Made by a program: the position numbers and the translations under genes. Below the pieces are notes generated by a model. It saw nothing but the letters and a program-made list of their open reading frames with translations. It did no database searches and was not told where the DNA came from. Shown one piece after another: positions 1 through 8,894 of a stretch of 19,921 bases of DNA. Location of the stretch: assembly GCA_003133025.1 (NCBI GenBank), contig PKZK01000066.1, positions 2,183 through 22,103 of the forward strand. The letters run 5' to 3'. The DNA comes from Vulcanimicrobiota bacterium. Its GTDB lineage: Bacteria > Vulcanimicrobiota > Vulcanimicrobiia > Vulcanimicrobiales > Vulcanimicrobiaceae. Positions within the stretch are counted from its first letter, which is position 1; each line of letters begins with the position of its first letter.

Positions 1-1233
1 ACGTGTGCGGTGATCTGCTATTACGTCGACGGGGTCAACGGCTCGGATGGCAACAGCGGCCTCTCGCCGCAGTCGGCCTTCGCGACGCTCGACAAAGCCT
101 CGAGTCTCGTCGTGCCGGGCGCCACCGTCTACGTCTTCTCCGCGACGTATTCGGCGTTCGATGCGTCGGGCGCAACGTTGACCGTTGCGACTGCCGGCAG
201 CGCGAACGCCTGGATCACGTTCGTCGCCTATCCCGGTCAACATCCGGTGATCCAGGTGTATCCGCACGCCTGGCAAGGCGTGCACATCCTCGGCTCGGCG
301 GCCTACGTCGTCATCGACGGTTTCGAGGTCGCCGGCCTGCGCTCGAGCGTCGATCCGGGAAAGGCCAAGAAAGATCACGGCCGGGACGGCCTGTACAACG
401 AGAACTGCATCGATCTCGACGGCGCGAGCCAAGGCACGATCGTCAACAACGTCGTGATCAGGAACAACTACGTGCACGACTGCACGGGCGCCGGCATCGG
501 CGGCGATCAGGTCGACTACGTGACCGTCGACAACAACGTCGTCGCCTACAACGCTTTCTACTCCGCCTACGGGCAGAGCGGCATCACGCTCTATCATCAG
601 ACCGACATCGACGGGAATACCGGCTACAAGACCTACGTCGTGGCCAACTTGGCCTACGGCAATCGCCAAGAAGTGCCGACCCTGAATTCGAGCCCGCCGC
701 AGATCACCGACGGCAACGCGATCATCATCGATAGCAACCTGCACGCGGGCAGCGGGGGCACGCCCTACGGCGGCCGCACCTACATCGCCAACAACATCGT
801 CTACAAGAATGGCGGCCGCGGCGTGCACGTGTTCAGTTCGCAGCACGTCGACGCCGTCAACAATACGGCGTTCCACGACATGCGCACGCCCGCGATCACC
901 ACGGGCGAACTCGATGCCATCGACGCCTACGACGTCAACCTGCTCAACTCGATCGGCGTCGCCGACAAAACGAAGCAGGTCGATAGCGGTTACGGCGACT
1001 CGTCGGTGACGTACGACTACAACGTCTACTTCGGCACAACGCAAGTTCCGGTCAGCGGGCCGCACGACATCGTCGCGAATCCGCGTTTCATTTCGCCCGC
1101 AAAGGACGACTTCGGCCTCGGGCGCTTCTCGCCGGCGTATCACAGCGGTACCGACGACCTAGCGCCGGCGGTCGATTACTTCGGCAACCTCCGCCCGCAG
1201 GGCATGGTGGATCGCGGCGCGATTCAGTCTTGA
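1..1233 (+). CDS. Right-handed parallel beta-helix (pectate lyase-like) repeat protein, probably secreted; 5'-truncated
   Basis: Frame is open from base 1. N-terminal YYVDGVNGSDGNSGLSPQSAFATL motif, Asn-rich repeats (VIRNNYVHD, VTVDNNVVAYN, YIANNIVYKNGG) and C-terminal DYFGNLRPQGMVDRGA tail are typical of this family. Stop TGA at 1231-1233. Confidence 0.8.
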   Translation, partial: TCAVICYYVDGVNGSDGNSGLSPQSAFATLDKASSLVVPGATVYVFSATYSAFDASGATLTVATAGSANAWITFVAYPGQHPVIQVYPHAWQGVHILGSAAYVVIDGFEVAGLRSSVDPGKAKKDHGRDGLYNENCIDLDGASQGTIVNNVVIRNNYVHDCTGAGIGGDQVDYVTVDNNVVAYNAFYSAYGQSGITLYHQTDIDGNTGYKTYVVANLAYGNRQEVPTLNSSPPQITDGNAIIIDSNLHAGSGGTPYGGRTYIANNIVYKNGGRGVHVFSSQHVDAVNNTAFHDMRTPAITTGELDAIDAYDVNLLNSIGVADKTKQVDSGYGDSSVTYDYNVYFGTTQVPVSGPHDIVANPRFISPAKDDFGLGRFSPAYHSGTDDLAPAVDYFGNLRPQGMVDRGAIQS

Positions 1234-1706
1234 TGCCCGAGTTTCGCACGAGCACGCCCGCCGATGCGGAAACGATCGTCGCGATGCTCGGGCCGCCCGC
1301 GCGGGAAGGCTTCGTGGTCCTGCCGACGGTGGAGCGCGTGCGCGAGCGGCTTGCCGACCCCGATCTCGTGCAGCGCATCATCGAGGTGGAGGGCAGACCG
1401 GTCGGCCTGCTGGTGCTGGGTTTCGTCGCCGACTGGCTCGCCGAATTCCGGCTCATCGTGGTGAGCGAACCGGGCCGCGGCTACGGTCGGGCCGGCGTCG
1501 AGTACGTCAAGCGCTACGTTTTTTCCGAGCGGGGCGCGCACCGGCTCTATCTCGAGGTCGTCGCGCACAACCTGCGCGCCCGCCGGTTGTACGAGTCGTG
1601 CGGTTTCTCGCTGGAGGGCACGTGGCGCGACGGATTTCGCGCGGCCGACGGATCCTATGCCGACCTCTGCGCCTACGGGATGCTGGCGAGCGAGTATCGC
1701 GGCTAG
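1233..1706 (+). CDS. GNAT family N-acetyltransferase (RimJ/RimL-like)
   Basis: TGATG overlap with the upstream stop. Acetyl-CoA motif PGRGYGRA and C-terminal HRLYLEVVAHNLRARRLYESCGFSLEG. Confidence 0.9.
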   Translation: MPEFRTSTPADAETIVAMLGPPAREGFVVLPTVERVRERLADPDLVQRIIEVEGRPVGLLVLGFVADWLAEFRLIVVSEPGRGYGRAGVEYVKRYVFSERGAHRLYLEVVAHNLRARRLYESCGFSLEGTWRDGFRAADGSYADLCAYGMLASEYRG

Positions 1707-1768
1707 GTCTCGCGCGCGTCGAGTTCGGGCCTTTCGATCGCGTCCATCGATCGTCTGCGGACGGCACC

Positions 1769-2344
1769 TTACGGTGGATACGAGGTGTAGGCGGCGGGCA
1801 GCGCGTGCCATGTCTTCGAGGTCGGGTGCCCCGGCTCGCGCGTTATCTCGTGGTCGAAGTTGCGGATCGCGTCGGGATCGCCGGCGTTGAGCCCGATCGC
1901 GGTCCGCAGCAGCGTGCGGCGCTGAGCGTCGTCGAACTGGTCGAGCACACGGATCAGCAAGCGCGGATTGGTCGACATGAGATCGTAGAAGGCGCCGTAC
2001 GCGCTCTCGCCCGCAGCGCCGTCGGCCACGAGCGCGTAGCGCACGAGCAGGTCGGCCGCAACGCGATCCGACTTGGCGCGCTCGCCCAAGGTGCGTAACG
2101 CCGCACGGGCGTTCGAGCCGCAGCGCACCGTCGTCATCGAGACGTGCACCCAGCCGGCTGCGGGCGAGGTGACGTGCAGCCAGCCGCCGCGGTCTTCATC
2201 GACGGAGATTTCGATGCCGTCGCTCAGCGTCGTCGCGATCGCGCCGCCGGGCGTCGCGCGCAGGTTCGTCGGCGGCGACGGATCGTGCACGAACGTCGCG
2301 CAGCCCGGCGATGCGAGCGCGAGAAAGAATGCGGCCGCGATCAT
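1769..2344 (-). CDS. Putative secreted protein with N-terminal bacterial SH3 (SH3b)-like domain
   Basis: C-terminal part of the 1769..3190 ORF. ATG at 2344 overlaps the AraC stop (ATGA). Hydrophobic MIAAAFFLALA, then TNLRATPGG...GWLHV...GWVH, the SH3b pattern. Confidence 0.7.
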   Translation of the reverse strand: MIAAAFFLALASPGCATFVHDPSPPTNLRATPGGAIATTLSDGIEISVDEDRGGWLHVTSPAAGWVHVSMTTVRCGSNARAALRTLGERAKSDRVAADLLVRYALVADGAAGESAYGAFYDLMSTNPRLLIRVLDQFDDAQRRTLLRTAIGLNAGDPDAIRNFDHEITREPGHPTSKTWHALPAAYTSYPP

Positions 2345-3153
2345 CGCACGAAGGCCCGCGGCGTCGTCAGGAATTCGCGTTTGAAGGCCGCGATGAACGC
2401 ACTCGGTGCGGCGTACCCTGCGTCGAACGCCGCGTCGGTGACCGATCTGCCCGCGCGCAGCGCGTGGAGCGCGTCGACGAAGCGCAGGCGGCGCAGCCAA
2501 ATCGCGATGCCCACGCCCAGCTCGCGCGCGAACGCGCGCTCGAGCGTGCGCCGGCTGACGCCGCATAGCGCGGCGACGCCCTCGATGCCGAGCGCGCGTG
2601 CGTCGTCGGCGATCAACGCGATGGCGGCGTCGCGCGCGAGGCCCGGGCGCGGTGGAAGCGGGATCGCAAGCGTCGACTCGTGGAGCGCGGCGATCTCGTC
2701 GGCGACGACGGCGGCTAGGCGGCGCTGCGCGGGGATCCTCGCGTCGAGCGCACCGTGTTCGATCGTTCGCGCTATCAACTCCGCGAGCAGCGGCGTGATC
2801 TCGAGCGGCACCGCCGCGGCGCGGGATTCGGCGCAGGGCCGCACGTAGAGCAGGCGCACCTCCGCCGGGCCGGCCAGGGCGATCCTGTAGGGCACGTGCG
2901 CGGGAATCCACACGCCCGTTCCGGCGGGTAGCGGAAAGGCCGCCGCAGCGGTGTGCACGGTCGCGCGGCCGGACGCCGCGGTGACCAACTGATGCCACGG
3001 TTCGACGCGCGGCGGCGCGATGGTTCCACTGCCGAGCCGCAGTCCGAACGTGCGCACGAGCGCGGGATCGCGTCCGACGCCGCGTCGCAAACTCGACACG
3101 ACCGGTCGCGCCGGCGCAAGACGGCCGGCCGTCCGGTGCGCTACTCTGTTCAC
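2341..3153 (-). CDS. AraC family transcriptional regulator with N-terminal cupin-like domain; start uncertain (GTG 3153 or TTG 3090)
   Basis: WHQL...GVWIPAHVP cupin segment and double HTH VSRRTLERAFARELG...SVTDAAFDAGYAAPSAFIAAFKREF. Confidence 0.9.
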   Translation of the reverse strand: MNRVAHRTAGRLAPARPVVSSLRRGVGRDPALVRTFGLRLGSGTIAPPRVEPWHQLVTAASGRATVHTAAAAFPLPAGTGVWIPAHVPYRIALAGPAEVRLLYVRPCAESRAAAVPLEITPLLAELIARTIEHGALDARIPAQRRLAAVVADEIAALHESTLAIPLPPRPGLARDAAIALIADDARALGIEGVAALCGVSRRTLERAFARELGVGIAIWLRRLRFVDALHALRAGRSVTDAAFDAGYAAPSAFIAAFKREFLTTPRAFVR

Positions 3154-3182
3154 AACGTACTCGACGACATTGGAGCGACCTC

Positions 3183-3563
3183 GTGAGCAACGAGCTGTGT
3201 CATTTTTCGATCAACGCCGACGACGTCGAACGCGCGCGGACGTTTTACGAAACGGTCTTCGGGTGGGCGATCTCGCCCTGGGGTCCTCCGGGCTTCTACG
3301 TCATTCGCACGAAGCCCGGCGACGGGCCGGTCACCGACGGCGGCATCCAGCAGCGGCGCGAACTGATCCCGGGCAAGCCGATGATCGGCCTCGAGTGCAC
3401 GTTCGGCGTCGACGACGTCGATGCGGTGGCCGCGGCCGTCGAAGCCTCCGGCGGACGCATCGTGATGCCCAAGGTGACGATCCCGGGCATCTGCGACCTG
3501 ATCTACTTCGAGGACACCGAAGGCAACGTCGCGGGCGCCGCCCGCTACCACGACGGCAGATAA
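3183..3563 (+). CDS. VOC (glyoxalase/bleomycin resistance) family protein
   Basis: GGAG upstream of the GTG start. HFSINADDVERARTFYETVFGW, FGVDDVDA and YFEDTEGN motifs. Confidence 0.92.
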   Translation: MSNELCHFSINADDVERARTFYETVFGWAISPWGPPGFYVIRTKPGDGPVTDGGIQQRRELIPGKPMIGLECTFGVDDVDAVAAAVEASGGRIVMPKVTIPGICDLIYFEDTEGNVAGAARYHDGR

Positions 3564-3802
3564 GCACTCTCGACCTCGTCGTAGGCGGCCGCGAAGGCCT
3601 CGTCGGGGTTTCGCCGGGCGTGAAGAGGTGGGTCCTTTAGCGGCGCCGGAAGGCTCCCGCGCGCCGGGCTGGCGTTGCGGCGCGTTTTTTGGTACTCTAC
3701 CGTGGTCGCCTTTCGGGGCGGCTTCCTGAAATCCGGACTCGTTCCGGTCGTGGCGCGGGCCACGTGTGTAGGGCGCCGGGCCGACTGCTTCTTGCGGGCC
3801 AC
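3545..3802 (-). CDS. Small basic hypothetical protein (85 aa)
   Basis: Fills the otherwise empty gap between the VOC gene and rpsR. AGGTGG lies about 10 nt upstream of the GTG. Lys/Arg-rich N-terminus and acidic helical C-terminus. No recognised domain. Confidence 0.4.
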   Translation of the reverse strand: MARKKQSARRPTHVARATTGTSPDFRKPPRKATTVEYQKTRRNASPARGSLPAPLKDPPLHARRNPDEAFAAAYDEVESAYLPSW

Positions 3803-3824
3803 GTCGCCGCATCCACCTACATAC

Positions 3825-3843
3825 CCCCTCCCCGCAGGAGGGG
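3825..3843 (+). promoter_or_regulatory. Hairpin in the rpsR leader (CCCCTCC-CCGCA-GGAGGGG)
   Basis: Perfect 7-bp stem with a CCG-containing loop, ending 18 nt upstream of the rpsR ATG. A regulatory role is inferred. Confidence 0.35.
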
Positions 3844-3861
3844 TTCGAAGGACGAAAACTG

Positions 3862-4116
3862 ATGGCTGCCAGCACCAAGCGCCGCGGCGCCGCGAAAAAA
3901 GAGCGGCGTCCCAAGCGCAAAGTTTGTAACTTCTGCGCCGACAAACTGCCCGAGGCGAACTACAAAGACGTCACGCGGCTGCGCAAATATATTTCCGAGC
4001 GGGGCAAGATCTTGCCGCGCCGCATCTCCGGCAACTGCGCGAAGCACCAGCGCCACCTCACCGTGGCGGTCAAGCGTGCGCGCGTCATCGCCTTCCTCCC
4101 CTTCGTCGCAGAGTAA
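3862..4116 (+). CDS. rpsR: 30S ribosomal protein S18 (zinc-ribbon C+ form)
   Basis: KVCNFC...[32 protein letters not shown]...KRAR; AAGGA RBS. Confidence 0.98.
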   Translation: MAASTKRRGAAKKERRPKRKVCNFCADKLPEANYKDVTRLRKYISERGKILPRRISGNCAKHQRHLTVAVKRARVIAFLPFVAE

Positions 4117-4130
4117 CGCGGAAGTACGTA

Positions 4131-4583
4131 ATGAAAGTCATTTTGCTCAACGACGTGAAGCCGCTCGGACAGACGGGCGTCGTGGTCGAAGTCGCCGACG
4201 GCTACGCGCGTAACTACCTCTTGCCGCGCGGGCTCGCGGCCGAAGCCTCGAAGGGTTCGCTCGCGTTGCTCGAACAGCAACGCCGCGCCAAGGCCCGTCG
4301 CGACGCGGAAGCGATCGCCGACGCGCAAGAACTCGCGGTCAAACTCGAAGCCGCCGTGATCAGCGTGCCGGCCAAGAGCGGCGGCAACGGACGCCTCTTC
4401 GGCGGCGTGACCAACGCCAACGTGTCCGAAGCGATCCACCGCGATTTGGGCGTCGAGATCGACCGCCACAAGATCGAAGTGCCCGACAACATCAAGTCGC
4501 TGGGCAGCTACCCCGTCGAGATTCGCCTGGGCAAGAACATCGTCGCGAAAACCACCGTGAAGGTCGTCGCAGCGGCGAACTGA
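4131..4583 (+). CDS. rplI: 50S ribosomal protein L9
   Basis: MKVILLNDVKPLGQTG...VADGYARNYLLPRGLA, GRLFGGVT and IKSLGSY motifs; follows rpsR. Confidence 0.98.
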   Translation: MKVILLNDVKPLGQTGVVVEVADGYARNYLLPRGLAAEASKGSLALLEQQRRAKARRDAEAIADAQELAVKLEAAVISVPAKSGGNGRLFGGVTNANVSEAIHRDLGVEIDRHKIEVPDNIKSLGSYPVEIRLGKNIVAKTTVKVVAAAN

Positions 4584-4590
4584 CGCTTCC

Positions 4591-6507
4591 GTGGCCCAAG
4601 CTGCCGATCCGGCCTACGTCGCGCGCTTCCGCCGGAAATACGGCGGCGACGACGGCGTACGCCGGTACGTCGCGGCGCTCTACGAGGTTTTGGCCAACGC
4701 GCTCGGCTCCGATAAGGTCGTGCTCCGCGCGGGCAAACTCAACGCGCTCAAACTGATGCGCTCGACGCTGCTGCCCGAGCGCATCTTGGCCTTGCAGCGC
4801 CTCGTCTTCGAGGATCCCACGCTCGAACGGTTGCCCCAGCCGGGAAAGTATCGCGAGGTCATCGCCGAGATCGAAGACGGTCTGGCCGACCTCGTCGCGC
4901 AGCGCAGCGTCGAAGAGAAGATCGAGACGCGCGTCAACGTGAAGATGGCCGAACGCCATCACGAGTATCTCAAAGACTTGCGCCTCGAGGCGATCCGCGA
5001 GGACGGCGGCCCCGAAACGCCCGCAACGCAGAAGAAGCTCTCCGACCTCGAAGCGCTCGAAGGCCGGCGGCTGGCCGCCTCCGCGCTCGAACTCTTGCGC
5101 CCCGCCGCCCTCGAAGACGTCGTCGGGCAAGAATCGGCGGTGCGTTCCTTACTGGCCAAGATCTCGTCGCCGTACCCGCAGCACGTCATTCTCTACGGGC
5201 CGCCCGGCGTGGGCAAGACGACGGTTGCGCGGCTCGCGCTGGAAGTCGCCAAGCGGCGTCCGCAGAGCGTCTTCGCGCAGGACGCGCCCTTCGTCGAGGC
5301 CAGCGGTGCGACGTTGCGTTGGGACCCGCGCGAGACGACCAACCCGCTGTTGGGCAGCGTGCACGATCCGATCTATCAGGGCAGCCGTCGCGAGTTCGCC
5401 GAGGGCGGCATCCCCGAACCGAAGTTGGGCTTGGTCAGCAAAGCCCATGGCGGCGTGCTCTTCATCGACGAACTCGGTGAGATGGACGCGCAGTTGCTGG
5501 CCAAACTGCTCAAGGTGCTCGAAGATAAGCGCTTCACGTTCGAGTCGTCGTATTTCGACGAGAACGATCCGAGCGTGCCCGCCTACGTCAAGAAGTTGTT
5601 CCGCGACGGCGCGCCCGCGGACTTCGTGTTGATCGGCGCGACCACGCGCGAACCCGACGAAATCGATGCGGCGATTCGCTCGCGCTGCGCCGAAGTGCAA
5701 TTCGAGCCGCTGTCGGAGCCGCAGATCCGCGACATCGTCGCGGGTGCGGCAAAGCGCCTGGGCGCGAAGCTCGCGCGCGGCGTGCCGGCGTTGATCGCTT
5801 CGTACACGATCGAGGGCCGCAAGGCCGTGCAGATCGTGGCCGACGCGTTCGGGCATGCCCTCGAGCGTGCCGCGAAGGGCGCCGTCACGATCACCGAGCC
5901 CGACGTCAACCTCGTCGTGCAGGCGGGGCGCCTCGTGCCGCACACGCCGGTGCGCGCGCGCCGAGCGCGCGAACTCGGCCGCACCCTCGGCCTCGGCGTC
6001 GCGCACCACGTCGGCAGTCTGATCGAGATCGAGGCCATCGCCTTTCCCGCGAGCGAGCAGCGCAAGGGCGCCATCCGCTTCAACGACACCGCGGGCTCGA
6101 TGGCCAAGGACAGCGTCTTCAACGCGGGTTCCGTCGTGCGCGCCGTGACCGGCATCGACCCGGCCGACTTCGACCTCCACGTCAACGTGGTGGGCGGCGG
6201 CAACATCGATGGGCCCTCGGCGGGTCTCGCGATCTTCCTCGCGCTCTATTCCGCCCTGACCAAGAGCCGTCTGCCGCAAGACGTGGCGGTCACGGGCGAA
6301 CTGTCGCTCGCGGGCAAGGTCCGCGGCGTGGGCGGCGTGATCGAGAAAGTCTACGCGGCGCGTCAGGCCGGCATGCGCCTCGTGCTGATCCCCAAGGAGA
6401 ACGAACGCGACGTGCGCGCCCGCGCCAGCGGCGTGGAAGTTGTCGCGGTCAAAGACGTCTACGAGGCGTTGGCGGCTTTCGACATCGACATCGCGAAGTC
6501 TCGCTGA
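4591..6507 (+). CDS. lonC: Lon family ATP-dependent protease, LonC type
   Basis: Walker A GPPGVGKT, Walker B LFIDE, TLRWDPRE..NPLLGSVHDPIYQG motif, S16 protease domain DGPSAG with dyad Lys in GGVIEK. Lies between rplI and dnaB. Confidence 0.9.
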   Translation: MAQAADPAYVARFRRKYGGDDGVRRYVAALYEVLANALGSDKVVLRAGKLNALKLMRSTLLPERILALQRLVFEDPTLERLPQPGKYREVIAEIEDGLADLVAQRSVEEKIETRVNVKMAERHHEYLKDLRLEAIREDGGPETPATQKKLSDLEALEGRRLAASALELLRPAALEDVVGQESAVRSLLAKISSPYPQHVILYGPPGVGKTTVARLALEVAKRRPQSVFAQDAPFVEASGATLRWDPRETTNPLLGSVHDPIYQGSRREFAEGGIPEPKLGLVSKAHGGVLFIDELGEMDAQLLAKLLKVLEDKRFTFESSYFDENDPSVPAYVKKLFRDGAPADFVLIGATTREPDEIDAAIRSRCAEVQFEPLSEPQIRDIVAGAAKRLGAKLARGVPALIASYTIEGRKAVQIVADAFGHALERAAKGAVTITEPDVNLVVQAGRLVPHTPVRARRARELGRTLGLGVAHHVGSLIEIEAIAFPASEQRKGAIRFNDTAGSMAKDSVFNAGSVVRAVTGIDPADFDLHVNVVGGGNIDGPSAGLAIFLALYSALTKSRLPQDVAVTGELSLAGKVRGVGGVIEKVYAARQAGMRLVLIPKENERDVRARASGVEVVAVKDVYEALAAFDIDIAKSR

Positions 6508-7880
6508 TGGCGGTCGTATCGAACGGGGTCGGCAACGCCGACCGTATCCCGCCGCAGAATCTCGAAGCCGAAATGGCAGTGCTCGGGTCGATCCTGGTCG
6601 ACCGCGAAATGATGCCCACGGTCAGCGAGATCATCGCTGCGGTCGATTTCTACGCGGTCAATCACGAGTCGATCTACACCGCGCTCTTGCAGCTCTACGA
6701 GCGCGGCGAACCGCTGGATAAGATCACGCTCGCCGAAGAGCTGCGCCGTCGCGACCTGCTCGAACGCGTCGGCGGTTTGCCCTATCTCTCGGCGCTGATG
6801 GAAACGGTGCCGACGGCCGCTTCGGCCGAGTATTACGCCAAGATCGTGCGCGAAAAGTCCGCGCTGCGCGGGCTCATTCACGCCGGTACGATCATCTCCA
6901 AGATCGGCTTCGAGGCCGAGGAAGACGTCGACGGCGCGCTCGACCGCAGCGAACAGATCGTCTACGAAGTCGGCCGCCGCCAGCGCACCGGACAGTTCAC
7001 GCCGATCAATCCGTTGCTCAAACAAGCCTTCGAGCAGATCGACCGGCTCTATCACAGCCACGGCGACCGCACGGGCGTCACCTCGGGCTTCCGCGATATC
7101 GACGAGTACACCGCGGGCTTCCAGCCCGGCAACTTCATCATCTTGGCCGCGCGGCCCGCGATGGGCAAGACGTCGATGGCTTTAACGATGGCCGTTGCGG
7201 CGGGCCGCGAGACGCAGAAGCCGATCGCGATTTTCTCGCTGGAAATGACCGCCGACGAACTCGTCCAACGTTTGCTCTCGGCCGAAGCGCGCATCGACTC
7301 GCAGGCGCTGCGCCGGGCCAAGATTCGCGACCACGAGTGGGAGAAGATCTCCGAGGGCATGAGCGCACTTTCGCAGATACCGATCTTCATCGACGACTCG
7401 GGCTCGCTCACCGTCACCGAAGTGCGCAGCCGCTGCCGCCGCTTGCAGTCGGGCGACGGACTCTCCGCGGTCTTCATCGATTATTTGCAGTTGCTCCGTC
7501 CCGGCTCGACTTCGCGCAACGCCAATCGCAACGACGAACTGTCCGAGATCTGCCGCATCCTCAAGGCGACGGCCAAGGACCTGCAAGTCCCGATCATCGC
7601 GCTAGCCCAACTCAACCGCGGCGTCGAATCCCGCAACGACAAACGCCCGATGCTGTCGGACTTACGCGACTCGGGCGCTATCGAACAGGAGGCGGACATG
7701 GTTTCGTTCCTGTATCGCGATGCGTACTACAATCCGGAGAGCGCGCCCGAACCCGATCTCACCGAGTTCATCATCGCCAAGCAGCGAAACGGCCCGACCG
7801 GGACGATCAAGCTCCGGTTCATCAAAGAACACACGCTCTTCGTGCCCTACGGCGACAGTTCGCGCTATAGCGGGCCGTAA
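6507..7880 (+). CDS. dnaB: Replicative DNA helicase
   Basis: PPQNLEAEMAVLG, AARPAMGKT, FSLEM, IDYLQL, LSDLRDSGAIEQEAD and AKQRNGPTG motifs. TGATG overlap with lonC. Normal length, no intein. Confidence 0.98.
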   Translation: MAVVSNGVGNADRIPPQNLEAEMAVLGSILVDREMMPTVSEIIAAVDFYAVNHESIYTALLQLYERGEPLDKITLAEELRRRDLLERVGGLPYLSALMETVPTAASAEYYAKIVREKSALRGLIHAGTIISKIGFEAEEDVDGALDRSEQIVYEVGRRQRTGQFTPINPLLKQAFEQIDRLYHSHGDRTGVTSGFRDIDEYTAGFQPGNFIILAARPAMGKTSMALTMAVAAGRETQKPIAIFSLEMTADELVQRLLSAEARIDSQALRRAKIRDHEWEKISEGMSALSQIPIFIDDSGSLTVTEVRSRCRRLQSGDGLSAVFIDYLQLLRPGSTSRNANRNDELSEICRILKATAKDLQVPIIALAQLNRGVESRNDKRPMLSDLRDSGAIEQEADMVSFLYRDAYYNPESAPEPDLTEFIIAKQRNGPTGTIKLRFIKEHTLFVPYGDSSRYSGP

Positions 7881-8285
7881 GTGGCCGGGGTACGCAGCGC
7901 GCGGGCCGAGGATCTCGAGCGCGTCGCCGAACTCCTCGCGGCGCGGGGCGAGACCGTCGCGCTCGAATCGCTCCTGGCCCGCGTCGACGACGAGGACGGC
8001 GGCATCCTGCTCGCCGCCGGCGCGACGCTCTCGTGGAAGCTCGACGCGGGCGCGCTCTATCTCTACGACCTCGCCGGCGCGGCTGCCGACGTGCCCGCGT
8101 TGCTCGAAGTGGCCGAAGCAACTGCGCGCGCGCGGTTTGCGGCGGTGCTCGCGCTGACGCTCTACGAGGACGACGAGTCGCTCGACGACCTCTTCGCGGC
8201 CGGCTTCGTCGAGGATTGGAGCGAGGCCGACGTGCGTTCGGGGAAACCGGCGCGATTGCTGGCGCTCGCGCGCGAAGTCAGCTGA
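7881..8285 (+). CDS. Hypothetical protein, possibly a divergent GNAT fold
   Basis: GTG immediately follows the dnaB stop. Genome-like codon usage. N-terminus VRSARAEDLERVAELL and late LFAAGF are GNAT-like, but no clear acetyl-CoA motif. Confidence 0.65.
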   Translation: MAGVRSARAEDLERVAELLAARGETVALESLLARVDDEDGGILLAAGATLSWKLDAGALYLYDLAGAAADVPALLEVAEATARARFAAVLALTLYEDDESLDDLFAAGFVEDWSEADVRSGKPARLLALAREVS

Positions 8286-8835
8286 CCTCTTCGACCTCTT
8301 CGATCTCGTGAATTTCCGGGTCGCCGATGCCCATGCGGCGGTAGGTGCGCGAGAGGTGCACGTATTCGGGGCCCGCGTGGTCGACCCAGCCCACCGCGGC
8401 GCCCTCGAGCTTCTTCTTGACGGCCGCGGGTGCGCCGGCGGCGACCGATTCGGGCGGAATCTTTGCGTTCACGCCGACCACGCTGCCCGCGGCGATCAGC
8501 GAGCGTCTGCCCACGACCGCGCCATTGAGAATCGTCGCGTTGGTGCCGATCAAGGCGCCCGCTTCGATCGTGCAATCCTCGAGGATCGCACAATGCCCGA
8601 CGGTGACGTCCTCCCCGATGATCGTGGCGCAATGCTCGCTCACGTGGACGACCGAATTATCTTGGATGTTCGCGCGCGCGCCGATCCTGATCGGGCCGTT
8701 GTCGCCGCGGATGACCGTGCCGAACCAGATGCTCGCCTCCTCGCCCACCTCCACGTCCCCGATGAGGACGGCGGTCGGTGCGACGAACGCCGTCGGATGC
8801 ACCTTCGGAATCTTGCCCTTAAATTCGATGAACAC
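8278..8835 (-). CDS. Gamma carbonic anhydrase family (YrdA/PaaY-like) hexapeptide-repeat protein
   Basis: GAGGAG precedes the GTG at 8835. PKVHPTAFVAPTAVLIGDV, SIWFGTVIRGD, NIQDNSVVH and TVGH motifs. Confidence 0.92.
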   Translation of the reverse strand: MFIEFKGKIPKVHPTAFVAPTAVLIGDVEVGEEASIWFGTVIRGDNGPIRIGARANIQDNSVVHVSEHCATIIGEDVTVGHCAILEDCTIEAGALIGTNATILNGAVVGRRSLIAAGSVVGVNAKIPPESVAAGAPAAVKKKLEGAAVGWVDHAGPEYVHLSRTYRRMGIGDPEIHEIEEVEEVS

Positions 8836-8894
8836 GCGCGCTCCTCGACGAAACCTGGAACGATGCTTTTTCCGACCGGCGTGCGGCGGCCCTG

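Noticed and set aside
1769..3190. 473-aa ORF as a single protein
   Set aside because: The N-terminal part is an Arg-rich shadow frame of the AraC gene. Protein-like sequence starts at ATG 2344.
5149..6279. Long antisense ORFs (also 4492-5130, 10419-11375, 14864-15796, 15845-16951 and others)
   Set aside because: These are typical stop-poor mirror frames of high-GC genes, lie opposite well-supported CDSs and carry no motifs.
6507..7880. Intein in DnaB
   Set aside because: The protein is 457 aa with contiguous helicase motifs and no insertion.
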